DNA of 64,000 bases from Octopus sinensis (taxonomy: Eukaryota). Made by a program: the position numbers and the translations under genes. Position 1 is the first letter of the stretch, and each line of letters begins with the position of its first letter. Under the pieces are notes generated by a model that saw only the letters and a list, made by a program, of their open reading frames with translations, was not told where the DNA came from and did no database searches. Location of the stretch: the NCBI RefSeq assembly GCF_006345805.1, contig NC_043001.1, positions 6,820,001 to 6,884,000 of the forward strand. The letters run 5' to 3'. Positions 1 to 11,860 of the stretch are shown piece after piece.

Positions 1-1059
1 GCACTGGAGAACTGGAAACTTTTGATTGTTTCATTTCCGTCGGTTGGTTTTTGTTTCCTGATAGTAAAATGTATTACTCTGTTTCAAGTATGATTTGAAG
101 ATTATTGAATGAAGCGCTTAGAGCAACAGCTATACGCGATATTCATTAGTTTGTTACTGCTAAGAGAACTTCAAGAGTTGTGATGGTGAAGCTGATGATT
201 ACGCAAAAACTTAAAAGCGGGAAGTGCACTCATGGCAATGAAATTAAGCTAGGGAGAGATCTAGCACAATTTCTGTCCTAGACTTCACATGAGAAAGCAT
301 CGACACAGGATATCATAAGATTGCTAACTAACATCTGATGTCTCCAATATTGTTCAACATTCGTGTTGCCTTCAAGATATATTGTTTTAATTATATTAAT
401 GAAAATTCGCCAGCAATGACACGTAAGTTGAGGTTCAATTCGTTTGTCAATCATCTGCCATAAATGAATGGCATTAAAGTTACAAAGGTGGCGGAGGATG
501 GTGACAGAAAATCCCGTAGACAACGATACAAGGTTTTCATACTATATAACAAAGTTCGTGACTAACATATACGCATTTATACAGTTGATCTGAAATGGGA
601 TGCAGTAGCGATACAGTGCTGCCATCATCCAAATTGTTTATCATGAATTTGTTTCAGTATGCTGCCAAATCAGTGTATTTACAAGCACAGAACGATTTAT
701 TCAAGACCTACATAACTACTTTAAAATATGTTTCAGGACAAGGATGATGACAAAAATATTCAGTGTGTTCTCGCCACAATACATAGTAAAATAATGGTGC
801 ATATTTTACGCTGGCAAATATGGTCATTTTTAAATGAACAGATAGCATCAACACCACAACCGCGATAAATTTGCTCAACAATACTGCAGTGACAAAACTG
901 ACATCGGCTTCGTATATTTGTCCGTTCGATAGCATGCGTTGCTCTCATACGATAATAATAGAAATAATAATAATATTAACAACAACATCATCATCATCCT
1001 CATCATCATCATCCCCATAATCCTTATCTATCTGGATCCTCATCAGTACATTATTAGTC

Positions 1060-1333
1060 TAGTGCATACTATTTAACATTGTCCCGAAAGAGATCAAAGA
1101 GGAAAAGGATCCCATACACTTTAAACGGAGTCTGGATAGATTCCTTCAAGGAATACCAGATAAGCCACCCATAATTGGATACAACTCACCCAACAAAAAC
1201 TCACTACTTGAATGGACCATAAACAAAACTTGACTTAAACAGGATTCAAGTAATCCTATCAGGTGGTGCTATTAAGTTAGACATGGCCTGGACCAATCTT
1301 TGGTCGAAACATATCTAAGTTTATCTAAGTTTT
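1060..1333 (+). mobile_element. CR1/L2-type LINE 3' end (5'-truncated)
   Basis: Translates LFNIVPKEIKEEKDPIHFKRSLDRFLQGIPDKPPIIGYNSPNKNSLLEWTINKT*, typical of a CR1/L2 ORF2 C-terminus. The 3' UTR has a GACCAA-TCT-TTGGTC stem-loop and a (TTTATCTAAG)n tail. A close homolog lies on the minus strand at 19716-20115. Confidence 0.8.
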
Positions 1334-1344
1334 ACTAATGCAGA

Positions 1345-2555
1345 ATAGAAGATTGAACTATGCACGGTGACAGGGGAAGTTTCAATTTCCCCCTCTTACA
1401 CTCATTTTGGATCTTGTAGCACGTGCACCAATTATTGCAGATATAATTGTTTACTTCGTCTTCCACAGACTCTTCAGTTATCTGCTTAAGTCCTTGAATT
1501 TCTCAATTTTTTTCTGTCTCTACGGTATCTGGCAATAGGCAATTACAAAATCTATGGTCTTACACTGTTGCTTTATTTTCTCCTCTATGATCATGTTTGA
1601 TCTCCTTACTTCAATAACACTGTTGATCTTTATGGGGAAATCCTACACGAACCTGTATTTCTCATTTTCTATCATAGTCACTGGTTCGGGTTCCAAGCAC
1701 TTTTCCGTTGTTTTTATGTCATACACTCGGTGAACATCCTAATGCACGTTTTTGCCTACGTAGTCATCGCTGCATTCACTCCTTTTGTTCTAGTATACTG
1801 CACTCGCCCAAAAGGCAATTGACACTTTCGTATCATTTCATGCAGACAATAAATTTGCTATCTGAAAGTTTACGATCTTTACCTTTATCACATTGTTTTC
1901 ATTTTTGCTTCTAGTTTCAGGCTCCCAGTTGTCAACCAGAGCCAGCGCTGAATACTTCCGATATTCTCGGTTTTTCCATGAATTTCCATGCATTTTCACC
2001 AGTTCCCATTAGTTTGCTTTATTGTTCTTTTTTGCTCTTTGAATTCTCCTATTGTTTCCACGACTTTTGGGGTATCTCGGACTGATGATAATATTCTCTC
2101 TTTACTCTTCACAACCTAATCTTTTGCAACCCACTGCTATCTTCCTGTCTCGGTTGGTAGTGTCGGTCGGTATTACTTTGAAGGTGGAGCGCGTTGTACT
2201 TCGAGATCAGTTTCCTAGGTCTTCTAGCCAAGTCTTGCAGCCGAACCTTGATCCATTTAAGGAAGGAGGCATAATAAATGAATACGGGCATAGCACATGC
2301 ATTTATGGCTTTCATAAATTTCTCACCATATAATTTTGTTTCGGAAACATTCATAATTCTCCTCCTGTATTCTTTAGTATCTTTCTCTCTTGCCTCTCCT
2401 ATTATCCTATCATTTTGTAGCACTCCTAAGTATTCTCTTAATCCTCATCATTCCATAACGATCTAATAATTTTCTCATGTAGTAATATTATGCTATCTGA
2501 GTTCTCTTGTATTTCTTTATAATCCCAACTACTTCTCTGGTATTCAATCTCTACA
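1345..2555 (-). mobile_element. Decayed R4/Dong-type (RLE) non-LTR retrotransposon fragment
   Basis: ORF 2109-2423 (KEYRRRIMNVSETKLYGEKFMKAINACAMPVF...RPRKLISKYNALHLQSNTDRHYQPRQE) matches the post-RT region of 26535-28065. Frame-broken RLE remnants follow (TVETEKIEKFKDL..LKSLWKTK..IIGA). Confidence 0.75.
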
Positions 2556-3132
2556 AGCAACATAAAATTATAATAGTCTCTATTTTCATATATAGTCTAT
2601 ATGCCAACAGCCTTAAGTTTCTAAAATAATTACAAGAGTTATGCCCCTCTAGTTAAAATACGCTTTCAGATATTTTCGGAACATCATTTCCAATCAACAT
2701 TCTGCGCTGGCAAAATCTAAAAGCAACATCGGTTAGTAACTGAAGTACTTCGATTTACAGAAGCCTAAACATTTTCATTAAAAACTGTAGCAATTTCACA
2801 AATGATATATGGATAAAATCTATTTAAATTGTTCCTCAGCGTTATTCCACTCCATATAATCTCGAAACGTGAGACACTTTGACTGCGAATGAAATGTTAA
2901 GTTGCATAAAATGGAGATATATATGATTCATTTGTCACATTGAAATCTCAGATCTCCGACATATCATACATAATAATGAAGATATGTAGAGATAACGCTC
3001 CAGTGAATACACAGTTGATAATGAGGAAAGCAGAATACCTTAAATAGACGTTGAATTCGACCTATGCTAACTTATTCAGACATTGATAAATCTAGCCATT
3101 TTATCATCATTTTGTCTGTAAAATCAGTGAAC

Positions 3133-3202
<70 letters not shown>

Positions 3203-4022
3203 TACATATATATATATACATATATATATAGATATATACATATATATATAGATATATAGATATATACATATATATATGTATATATATATATATGTGTGTG
3301 TGTGTGTATATATATATTTATACATCCATGTATTTATGTACAAATATGTATGTGTGTTGGTTTGCTATACACATACACATCTATAAAGGTGAAATCGGAT
3401 CGAAAACTTTATACATGTGTATGTAAGTGTATGTGTGTGTGTGTGCTGTTGTTGTTGTTGTATTTGTCGTTTTCACATTCCTGAATGCAACGATGTCCTG
3501 AAAATTCTGATTCTCAAAATGTGGTAATGCGTCTGCCATTCTTTATTTAAAGTGGTTTTTACTGAGAAACACTATGGCGAATGGTCGCAGAGAACATTAT
3601 CGAAACTTACAATTATTTCATTGTAAATTAGCTCTGATCCCTCAGATTGATAACGGAACGAACGAGAGATAAGAACAGGAATGCCATATATCTAAAATAA
3701 AATTAGTAAATTGGATGTAAATTTTTAATAATAAACTTTTTATCTACTGTTTGAGTCAAGAATCTCAAACACAAAATAGAATTTCTGAATTCGATTGTAA
3801 ATAATACAATATGATCAATGATACTTCAGATAAGAAGACAACAACGACTATGGAACATATATCATGTTAGACTTTATTTCCATTTTGCTGTGTGCTTCAG
3901 ATTTACAAATATGGCGTACTTGTATATACATTCATACATACATATACAGACACACACACGTAGGAACACGCACACACACACAGACACACACACACATATA
4001 TATAGATGCATATATATGTATA

Positions 4023-4575
4023 TACAGAGTGGGTGGAAAGTAATTAGGTATTAGAAACTGCTTATGCAATATCTAGTATCACTGAAGTCATGACAAAATT
4101 ATTTTTTAAACAGAAACACTAATGAGGATTTCTGATATTCTTATTTTTTTAATGTTTTATTGTTTTATTGTCTTATTTCTTATTTTCCAGATGGTCGAGC
4201 GCTTGTCTGAAATATGTAATTCCATTGTTTTTGGTTCAGAGACGGTGGTGTGAATGGAAGCTAAGCATGCAATACTTCGTCCGGAGAAAATTAAAAAAAA
4301 GTTGTCATGCAAATGTGGTGACAACGAAGTGGCCGTCCAACCACATCCCGATCAGCAGAGAACGTTGAAACAGTGCAGGGAATATTTAATCACAGCCCGC
4401 AAAAGTCAGCAAGTCAAGACGCTTCTGAAACTTGATTAACATAATACGTACGGTGTTGGATAAATCATTAAATTTTCATCCGTGGAAAGCCCATTACATG
4501 CGCAGCTAAAACCTGACGACTGTGACCGCAGAGATCCAAAAGCACAGACGTCCAGAGCTCCAAAAAGGCCATATC
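4023..4575 (+). mobile_element. Tc1/mariner transposon 5' remnant (TIR plus N-terminal HTH region)
   Basis: Starts TA|CAGAGTGGG after a microsatellite. Frameshifted translation SGRPTTSRSAENVETVQGIFNHSPQKSAS...VLDKSLNFHPWKAHYM.QLKPDDCDRR resembles the HTH region of Tc1/mariner transposases. No DDE domain is retained. Confidence 0.7.
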
Positions 4576-4604
4576 TCACTCCATGTGATTTTCTCTATTA
4601 AGAG

Positions 4605-4669
<65 letters not shown>

Positions 4670-4710
4670 CTGTGTATCACTGAGTAATCCCGTGTGAATG
4701 TATGTGTTAA

Positions 4711-4753
<43 letters not shown>

Positions 4754-4843
4754 TATATTATATATATATATATATATATATTTGTAAAAAATGAAGTTCG
4801 AAAATGCTGCTGTATTATACAATTTTTAATTTTTATATATACA

Positions 4844-4885
4844 TTATAACATGTTTCAGTTCCTGAAATGAACCTTATCAAAAAA
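4844..4885 (-). ncRNA. Minimal type-I hammerhead ribozyme-like motif (U3:A8 variant) at the PLE 3' end
   Basis: tttt-TTGATAA-GGTTC atttcag GAACT-GAA-ACATGT-T-ataa: paired stem II, palindromic stem III, GUU cleavage triplet, 3 of 4 stem I pairs. It lies in the sense orientation of the PLE. Confidence 0.55.
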
Positions 4886-5260
4886 GTTATATATAAAAAG
4901 AGACAGCTCATGCCGTCAAACACAAGAAATTAATTATAATACACAACGGAGTCAGACATCTTAGAGTTCATGTATAGTTGATATATAGTTCATGTATAGT
5001 TGATATATAGTTTGAAGTATATGTTCAAAGTGTTCGATGCAGTGGCCCACGGTGGCGATACGTATTCAATACAAAAAACAGATCAAAGTGGTGGAAAGCG
5101 GTCAATACAGAAGATTGATGTTTCCGAAAGAGCGAGGAATTCATTTTTACCTTAAGCAATTGTGATGACCCATGGTGGAAGTTCGCTGGGTGGTTCTAGT
5201 GATTTTTTGTGAAATGCTCGGTTTTATAATGCCTGTTAGGTGGTCAATCTAGCGTAGCGT

Positions 5261-5592
5261 GACGTCATCAATGTTTTGACCAATCGTTTCGTTAGGTGGC
5301 TTTAATCAAGTGGAACGGGACGTCATCATTATTTTGACCAATCGCTGCATTATAACTCCCTCTTGTTTGTTTCCTATCTTGACCAGTCGCTTCGTTAGTC
5401 AAGCATAGCGGGACGTCATCCAGATTCTGCCCAATCACGACTTATAGCTACATTAGTTTGCCCCCTGTCTGTACTTGTTAGGTGACTATTCAAGCAGAAA
5501 AGGACGTCATCAATATTCTGACTAATGACTGTCCCCTGTTTGTATCCTGTCCATTCTAGCAGAGCTAGACGTCATCAACTTGTTGACCAATC
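5261..5592 (+). promoter_or_regulatory. Array of five CRE-like plus CCAAT composite units
   Basis: GACGTCATC at 5261, 5319, 5412, 5503 and 5568, each followed exactly 16 nt later by TG(A/C)C(C/T)AAT. The sequence between units is divergent. Confidence 0.6.
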
Positions 5593-5762
5593 AGAATCGG
5601 GTCTGACCCTTAGCTGTATCGTATGTATCAGGGTCAGATTTGCACGAAAGAATTTTTTTCCCCTTTTTTTACTAAGGCATATTTCCGTCAGAGTGAGTGT
5701 CTGTTTGAAGTAGCGGCCGTGGTGAAATTTGGTTCTCCTTTTCGGAGGACTTATCTTTTGTT

Positions 5763-6562
5763 TTAGTATTCCTGGCCCAGGGTGTTTAAACTTGGTCTAA
5801 ATTTTTTTATGAAATATAGTTCTTTATTTTGGCGTTGTGTGAAGGTTGCGTTGTCACTGAATTTATAGAGCGGGTTAGTTGTAAATTTCGGATTTACATT
5901 TCCAGCACATCTATCTATGTGTCCGCTGACCGGTATTTTGCGGTAATCAGGGTTTCTAATTTGTGATTTATGCACCGCCATCCTGTTACGTAAGCTATTT
6001 TTTGTATGGCCTATATACTGCCTATTCCAGCCTGCGCATGTTATGACGTAAATTAAGTTTTCTGATGCGCAGGTGAAGTTTGTTCTAATGGTGAACTGGT
6101 GGCCTTGTTCCAGTATAAATTCTGATCCTTCTTTTAAGATGACACAGATTCCGCAGTTGGGCCTTCCACATTTTCTAACTGCTGGTTTTGTGGTTGATGT
6201 TGAGTGCAGTGTAGCTTGGGTTAAAATCCTTTTCAAGGATTTTGGTTGCCGTTTACTTTTAATGATGGTGTGTGTTTCGAGGATCCGGTTCATCTTTGGG
6301 TCTCCCTTTAGTAGGGCTGTGCTTTGTAGTATGGTGTTGAAGGCCTCATTGTTGAGTGGGTTGTGTGTAGAGATGTAGGGAAGGGATTTTAATTGTTCTT
6401 TCTTTTTTGGTTTTGTTTGTCTCAGGTCTTCTATACTTAATTTAAGTACCCGTTGGATTGCACTGTCTATTAGGGGCTGTGGATAGTTTCTATTTGTGAG
6501 TGTGGTTCTAAGTTCCTGGAGACGTGTGTGTCGGGTGTTTGTGTCTGATATTATGGTGCAAA
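5763..6562 (-). pseudogene. PLE thumb, Cys linker and GIY-YIG endonuclease
   Basis: The frame is open from about 6562 (RICTIISD..RNYP..LPYISTHNP) through CGRPNCGIC (Neptune-type Cys linker), LIYVITCAGW..QYIGHT, MAVH and SGH to KELYFIKKFRPSLN. Confidence 0.9.
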
Positions 6563-7384
6563 TCCTCTAGCTAAACAAAAAGGGACATTCATTCTAGTGT
6601 GTCGTGGGTGGCATGAATCAAAGGGTAGGTACTGTTTAGAGTCTGTCGGTTTATAGTAGATATCTGTCTCTATTTTGTTGCCGGTTATCTTAATGAGGAT
6701 GTCTAAAAATGGTAATTCTTTTTCGTTGTGGTCCATCGTGAATTGTATATTGTCATTTATTCCATTTAATAGAATTTTAAATTCCTCAAGTTTCTCTATG
6801 CCTTTGTCCCAGATGATGAAACAGTCATCGAGGTATCTTTTCCAGTTGTTATGGATATAGGTGGCGAAGGTGTTTCCATATTTCTCGAGTGTCATCCGGT
6901 ATAGTATTTTCTCGAGGTATCCCATCACTAGGTTGGCAAAAGATGGTGCAGTACGCGTGCCCATCGCTGTTCCCGATCTTTGCCTGTAGAAATCATTGTC
7001 AAAAATAAAATAATTGTTCTCTAAAATGAATCTAAGTCCTTCTATTATAAGGTCTTTGTTTATGCGAGTTGGGAGTTCAAAGGGGTAGTTATTCAGCCAG
7101 AAGGTGATTGCTTCTATTCCTAGGTTGTGAGGGATGTTAGAATAAAGATTAACTACGTCGAATGATACTAGAAGGGTTTTCTCATTGACTGTTTTAGGGA
7201 GGTGGTTGAGCATATCTATATCGTCTCTTACGTAGCTTTTGATGTGTTTTAGGAAAGGTTTAAGAAGTGTGTCTAAGAAATTGCTGAGGCGGTGAGTTTC
7301 ACATGCTGGCCCTGCTATTATCGGTCTTAGTTTAAGATCATTTGGTGAAGGATTTTGATGAGTGTGTCGGTGGATGTTTTGCAC
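6551..7384 (-). pseudogene. PLE reverse transcriptase core
   Basis: LRPIIAGP, LVSFDVVNLYSNIPH, YRQRSGTAMGTRTAPSFANLVMG, WKRYLDDCF (YLDD at 6825-6836), LPFLDI and YYKPTDSKQYLPFDSCHP. The frame shifts at about 6566. Confidence 0.95.
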
Positions 7385-8058
7385 GTTTCTCTAATGGTTT
7401 GGCTTTTGTGTACCTTAGGGATACCATAGAACAAACTCGATTTGCATTTGAAGTTAGTGATGTATTCATACTCCTTGTTCGTGAGTCCTTCTTGGTATGT
7501 GTTGATTAATGTCCTAAGGTTATGCATTATTTTTTGCTGGTTATACTGCTGGGCCCTTTCATAATACGTTTCATCTCTTAATAGGGATAGCACTAAATTT
7601 TTATAATTGTTTGTATTCATTATTACTATCGCGTTGCCCTTATCTGCCTCCTTAATTGTTATTGTTTTGTCTTCTCTTAGTTTGATGAGGTCGTTCCATT
7701 CTCTTTTGTTGAAGTTAGGGCTGTGTTTTTGTTTCTTGATGAATTGAAACGGGAAATTAGTTATGTAGTCACAATAGCGGTCTAAGGCTTTATTCTTACC
7801 TTTGGTGGGGGTGTTATTGCTCTTGTTTCTAGCTATTGAGTCCTCCTTTATTTGTTTGTCTTGAAATGCCTCGGTGAGTCTTAGTTTTCTGCAAAATTCC
7901 GAAATATCATCTTTCATTTCATAATAATTAGAACGTTGTGGGGTGGGTGTAAATTTAAGTCCTTTGGAGAGTATGCTTATTTCGTTAGGTGTAAGTTCTT
8001 TGTTTGAGAGATTGATTATCTTAATTACCTGAGGTTTCTTTTGTTTGTCCTTTGCCAT
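7327..8058 (-). pseudogene. PLE polyprotein, N-terminal part
   Basis: IINLSNKELT..EISILSKGLKFTPTP, IKEADKGNAIVIM and FYGIPKVHK are PLE RT N-terminal motifs. The frame shifts at about 7350 (CC where CCC would join the next ORF). Confidence 0.9.
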
Positions 8059-8279
8059 CGTGTGTCCCTGTTCCTGTGTGTGGGGTCTAAAAAATGGTTG
8101 GTGTAGTTATGTTCAAAGCTATTATTTATCTGTCTCATGTTGTTATAATTGTCAGAGTGAGTTTGTGGTGCTCTGTTCTGGAGTCTGTTGTTGAACCTAG
8201 TGTTACGTCTTAGTTCCTCAGGTGTATTGTGTTGGTAGTTGTTTCCTCCGTAGTGCATTTGTTGTTTGTTATAGTACAT
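8025..8279 (-). CDS. Asn/Gln-rich upstream ORF (84 aa) overlapping the PLE RT start
   Basis: Low-complexity N/Q/R-rich ORF in a different frame that overlaps the RT ORF by 34 nt. It could be a uORF or a frameshifted N-terminus. Confidence 0.35.
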   Translation of the reverse strand: MYYNKQQMHYGGNNYQHNTPEELRRNTRFNNRLQNRAPQTHSDNYNNMRQINNSFEHNYTNHFLDPTHRNRDTRWQRTNKRNLR

Positions 8280-8678
8280 TCTTTGTACGAGAGGAATTAT
8301 AGATGAAGAAAATATAGAATTTTACAAAATTTTCAATGAAATGTATTACGGGTTGAGTTATTGTGCAGCGACAAAATGAAATGCCTCGTCGAAAGTGTTA
8401 ACAGGCTGATGTACCTAAAGCGCGTTAATGTGAGGACGTAATATGCAAATACTTTGGATTAAATTCGTGAATAGCGAAAAGCCGAAGGAGAAGTCTCGGT
8501 TAATCTATGAAAAAGTAAGAGTTAATCGACAGTTTGGCATGATAATATAATATAGTTAATCTAATATAGGTATTAATATAGTCCATGATTAATATCTATT
8601 TTTATAGAAATTAGCTGGCTTCGTAGACTGTCCACAGTTTAATCAGAAACAACGACCAAGAATTAAAGGTAGACTTGG

Positions 8679-8713
<35 letters not shown>

Positions 8714-9628
8714 ATACATATGTGTGTGTATATATATATATATACATATATAGACACAGGCACACACACTCATATATGTGTGTCTGTGTGTGTGTGCGTT
8801 TATGTAATTAAAAAATTCACAACCCAATAAATAAAATCATACGAGACAAATGACAGAAACCAATCAAATGGAATTGCTAACACATTTACGAATCCAGTAT
8901 GAACAATATTTTCCTGACTGAAAAGTTATCTTTAAGTTCCTCCAAATACAAATCGTTAATGGCTTGTATACATAAATCTCTGATCGCCATCCACATACAT
9001 ATACACCCACCTAAGTTCCCTCTTCGTGTTAGTATTTGTACGCAGTAACAGCGCCGCTCAGTGTGTATGAATGATGTGCTAGAAAATTCATCTCTCTCTC
9101 CCTTTCTTAAACACACACACATATACGCAAACATTCATTTAAACTCTTTATGGCGTATATACTTATTCCAAGCCATTTCCACAGCGTGACAGATTGCTTA
9201 CGCCACAGGAACTCACCGTTAACACTTTAGTATAATACATAGATAATGATGTCTATTCAGGCTCGTGCCTTAGCTGAAGCACTTTATCAACATAGATTTC
9301 AAAGTTATTTGCTAAAGAAATTACGAAACACACAAACATACAGTGGAATACTTGATTGCACAGAATGCTAAATACGATAAGACTTACATGCTATGACAAC
9401 AGGTAAAAGTACCATAGTATTTGGTTTTAATAAATGGAAATCTGGACTTAAGCGCGATTCGAAATACAGTAACTCTCTAAAAGAACTGTGCATATCCAAA
9501 TCACAGCGAATAAATTTTGCTTGCCCTTTTAAGCTTTTATAATAAATACAGTACAATACGGGCGGTTCGTTCACACCCATTCAAATTTAGTGCCGTTCCT
9601 CACTTTACAACACAATCGTAGATATGAG

Positions 9629-9688
<60 letters not shown>

Positions 9689-9819
9689 ATATGTATGTAT
9701 ATGTATACATACATAAATAAATACACATATATATACATACATATATATACCTGTGTATATATATGTATTATATATATATATGTATATATAAATATATATG
9801 TATATATATATACACAAAT

Positions 9820-10500
9820 ACATATTTATACAGTGAATCCAAACAAAGAAGAACAAGACAAGTAAAAACAACAACGTGAGGACGTGGCACAACTAGTGTA
9901 TTACCAGACGCTCAGGAAACGAAAGAAAGAGGATTTAATGTTTCGAGCAAAGCTCTTCTTTAGATATAGAGGTAAGTCCGAAAGAAGGGAACACAGGGTA
10001 AGAAAATCTCCAACGATGCACGCGTGCTTACATTTTGAAATGAACCGAAGGGAATGGGTGAAGAAAAAGTTCTTTCTAAGACAAGAGAGTGCAAGTGAAA
10101 GAGATATGTGTGTGTATGTGCGAATTCGTTACAGATTTAATTATTCACCTCTAGAAACATTCATTCTATGTCGTTTATTTTTTCTATTTACTCGCTCCTC
10201 CACTTCTTACTGAATTTTCTTTCTTCCTTCTCTTTCTTAAAAAATACTACCGTTCTCCACCCACCTTTTGTTTTTATATACTATAATTTCTTACATTTGT
10301 AAACGGGACTTCATAATGAACACTGTTAGTTATAATCTCCACCCTAGTGAGATTCATACGTTATTCCATTTCATTTTCCTCCAGGTTCAGTTTTAATGTA
10401 TACATCGAAACATATATGTCGGTGATATAAAAGATTTAAATACCATCTTGTGTGTGTGTCTCTATTTTCCATTTCCCTTATGTCCTCCAAAACACATTTC
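9820..10500. mobile_element. Probable non-autonomous PLE-derived element next to (AT)n
   Basis: Starts directly after an (AT)n tract and carries a degenerate hammerhead on the minus strand at 9937-9963 (CTAAAGA-A-GAGC TTT GCTC-GAAACATT). No coding capacity; right boundary uncertain. Confidence 0.4.
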
Positions 10501-10593
10501 ACCCGTATACCTGTGGTTACTAATAACTTTATAGCTTATGTGATATATGGTTACCCTGGTAACTATTTCTAACGATTTTTCCTTGAAAATTAA

Positions 10594-10639
<46 letters not shown>

Positions 10640-10748
10640 TGCGTTACCAGTTACAAATACGAAATGCTTGCGCTTCTACAGTTTATTCTATTATACACGA
10701 TCTCATTATGGACTATAGCTTGAAAACTTTCTTTCGATGTATAAAGTG

Positions 10749-11060
10749 CTAGCAGTATCGCCCGGCGTTGCTCGGGTTTGTAAGGGAAATAACTATATAA
10801 GCATTTTTAGAGAGTTACTTCCCTTATATAAACCGAGCAAAAGTGCATTAAAAATCCGAAAAAATGATGGTAAATACTTTTTAAAATCGTAGACTCATTG
10901 TAGACGCGCGCTAATACCCAGAAGGGCTCGATATGAATCACGACTATAAGGTACCCGCTTTCGCTTAAACTGCACCGAAAAATATGGGAGTAGTTAGGAA
11001 TCTAAATCGGAGGAGACAGACTCTCACAAAAACTTCAGTTTTATATATAAATATATAAAG
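10749..11060 (-). mobile_element. Non-autonomous Helitron
   Basis: The minus strand ends with hairpin CCCGAGCAACGCCGGG, then about 8 nt, then CTAG (10752-10749). It begins with a CTTTATATAT..TATAAAA-type 5' end. Confidence 0.65.
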
Positions 11061-11454
11061 TTATTTGTTTTGAAAGAACTGCAAACATCGTCTTGGGATC
11101 TTGCGTGGTCTTTTACTCACAACCTGAGTAAGTAGTGTTAGCTGTAACGCCTTGTAACTTCATACTGCTTAATGCTGCTACAAGCGACGATTTGTAACAT
11201 TATTATGCAACGTCAAATTTGCTTCATACACGATCAGAAAACGAAAGCTATTTGAACTGCCGGCCGAGTCGCTTGATAAAGTTTGCAAGAATTGACCTAC
11301 CACTGATGGGCGTTTCTAAAAGTGTCACTATAAGCAGGTATAACATACTTACTCGATTCATTGCTTGTTCTTGTGCGGAGTAAGACAGACTATCTTCTTA
11401 GTTAATCCAAGTTTTAACTAATATATAGTTCACGGATCTGTGTTGGAATCTTTA

Positions 11455-11860
11455 TTCTTTTATTCTTTTACTTGTTTCAGTCATTTGATTGCAGCCATGC
11501 TGGAGTACCGCCTTTAGTCGAGCAAATCGACCCAAGGACTTACGCTTTGTAAGCCTAGTACTTATTCTATCGGTCCATTTTGCCGAACCGATAAGTTACG
11601 GGTTAGTAAACACGCAAGCATCGGTTGTCAAGCGATGTTGGGGTACAAACACAGACACACAAACACATGCACACAAACACACATATACGTATACACGACG
11701 GGCTTCTTTCATTTTCCGTCTACCAAATCAACTCACAAGTCATTGTTCGGACTGAGGCTATAGTATAAGACACTTGCCCAAGGTGCCACGCAGTGGGACT
11801 GAACCCTGAACCATGTGGTTGGTAAGCAAGTTACTTACCACACAGCCACTCCTGCGCCTA
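11455..11860 (-). mobile_element. tRNA-derived SINE, family A (full length)
   Basis: Head with box A/B-like segments (TGGCTGTGTGG, GGTTCAGTCCC), CORE-like CCTTGGGCAAGTGTCTT, internal (GT)n and tail GGCGGTACTCCAGCATGGCTGCAATCAAATGACTGAAAC. Homologous to 25497, 38795, 53565 and 59326. Confidence 0.85.

Larger units (their letters stand above)
4790..8680 (-). mobile_element. Near-full-length Penelope-like element (Neptune-like: RT plus C-terminal GIY-YIG)
   Basis: RT and GIY-YIG reading frames at 5763-8058, an approximately 1-kb 3' region ending in a hammerhead-like motif, and (AT)n tracts on both sides. Outer boundaries are approximate. Confidence 0.9.

Noticed and set aside
1-950. Possible decayed GPCR on the minus strand (hydrophobic stretches, NIAYSCCSKRF, SASFN..YILL)
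   Set aside because: The motif-like pieces lie in different frames with many stops and support mutually inconsistent alignments. This cannot be distinguished from chance without a profile search.
1290-1312. Hairpin plus GAAAC at LINE 3' ends as a hammerhead
   Set aside because: There is no CUGANGA-like core upstream. It is better explained as the LINE 3' recognition stem-loop.
5261-5592. CRISPR-like repeat-spacer reading of the CRE/CCAAT array
   Set aside because: Eukaryotic context, short degenerate repeats, irregular spacing and no cas genes.
5763-8058. Selenoprotein-type (in-frame UGA) or Naiad assignment for the large PLE
   Set aside because: There is no in-frame TGA at Cys positions in this copy, and the TGA in the old copy falls right after the Cys codon rather than on it. 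The endonuclease is C-terminal, whereas Naiads have it N-terminal.
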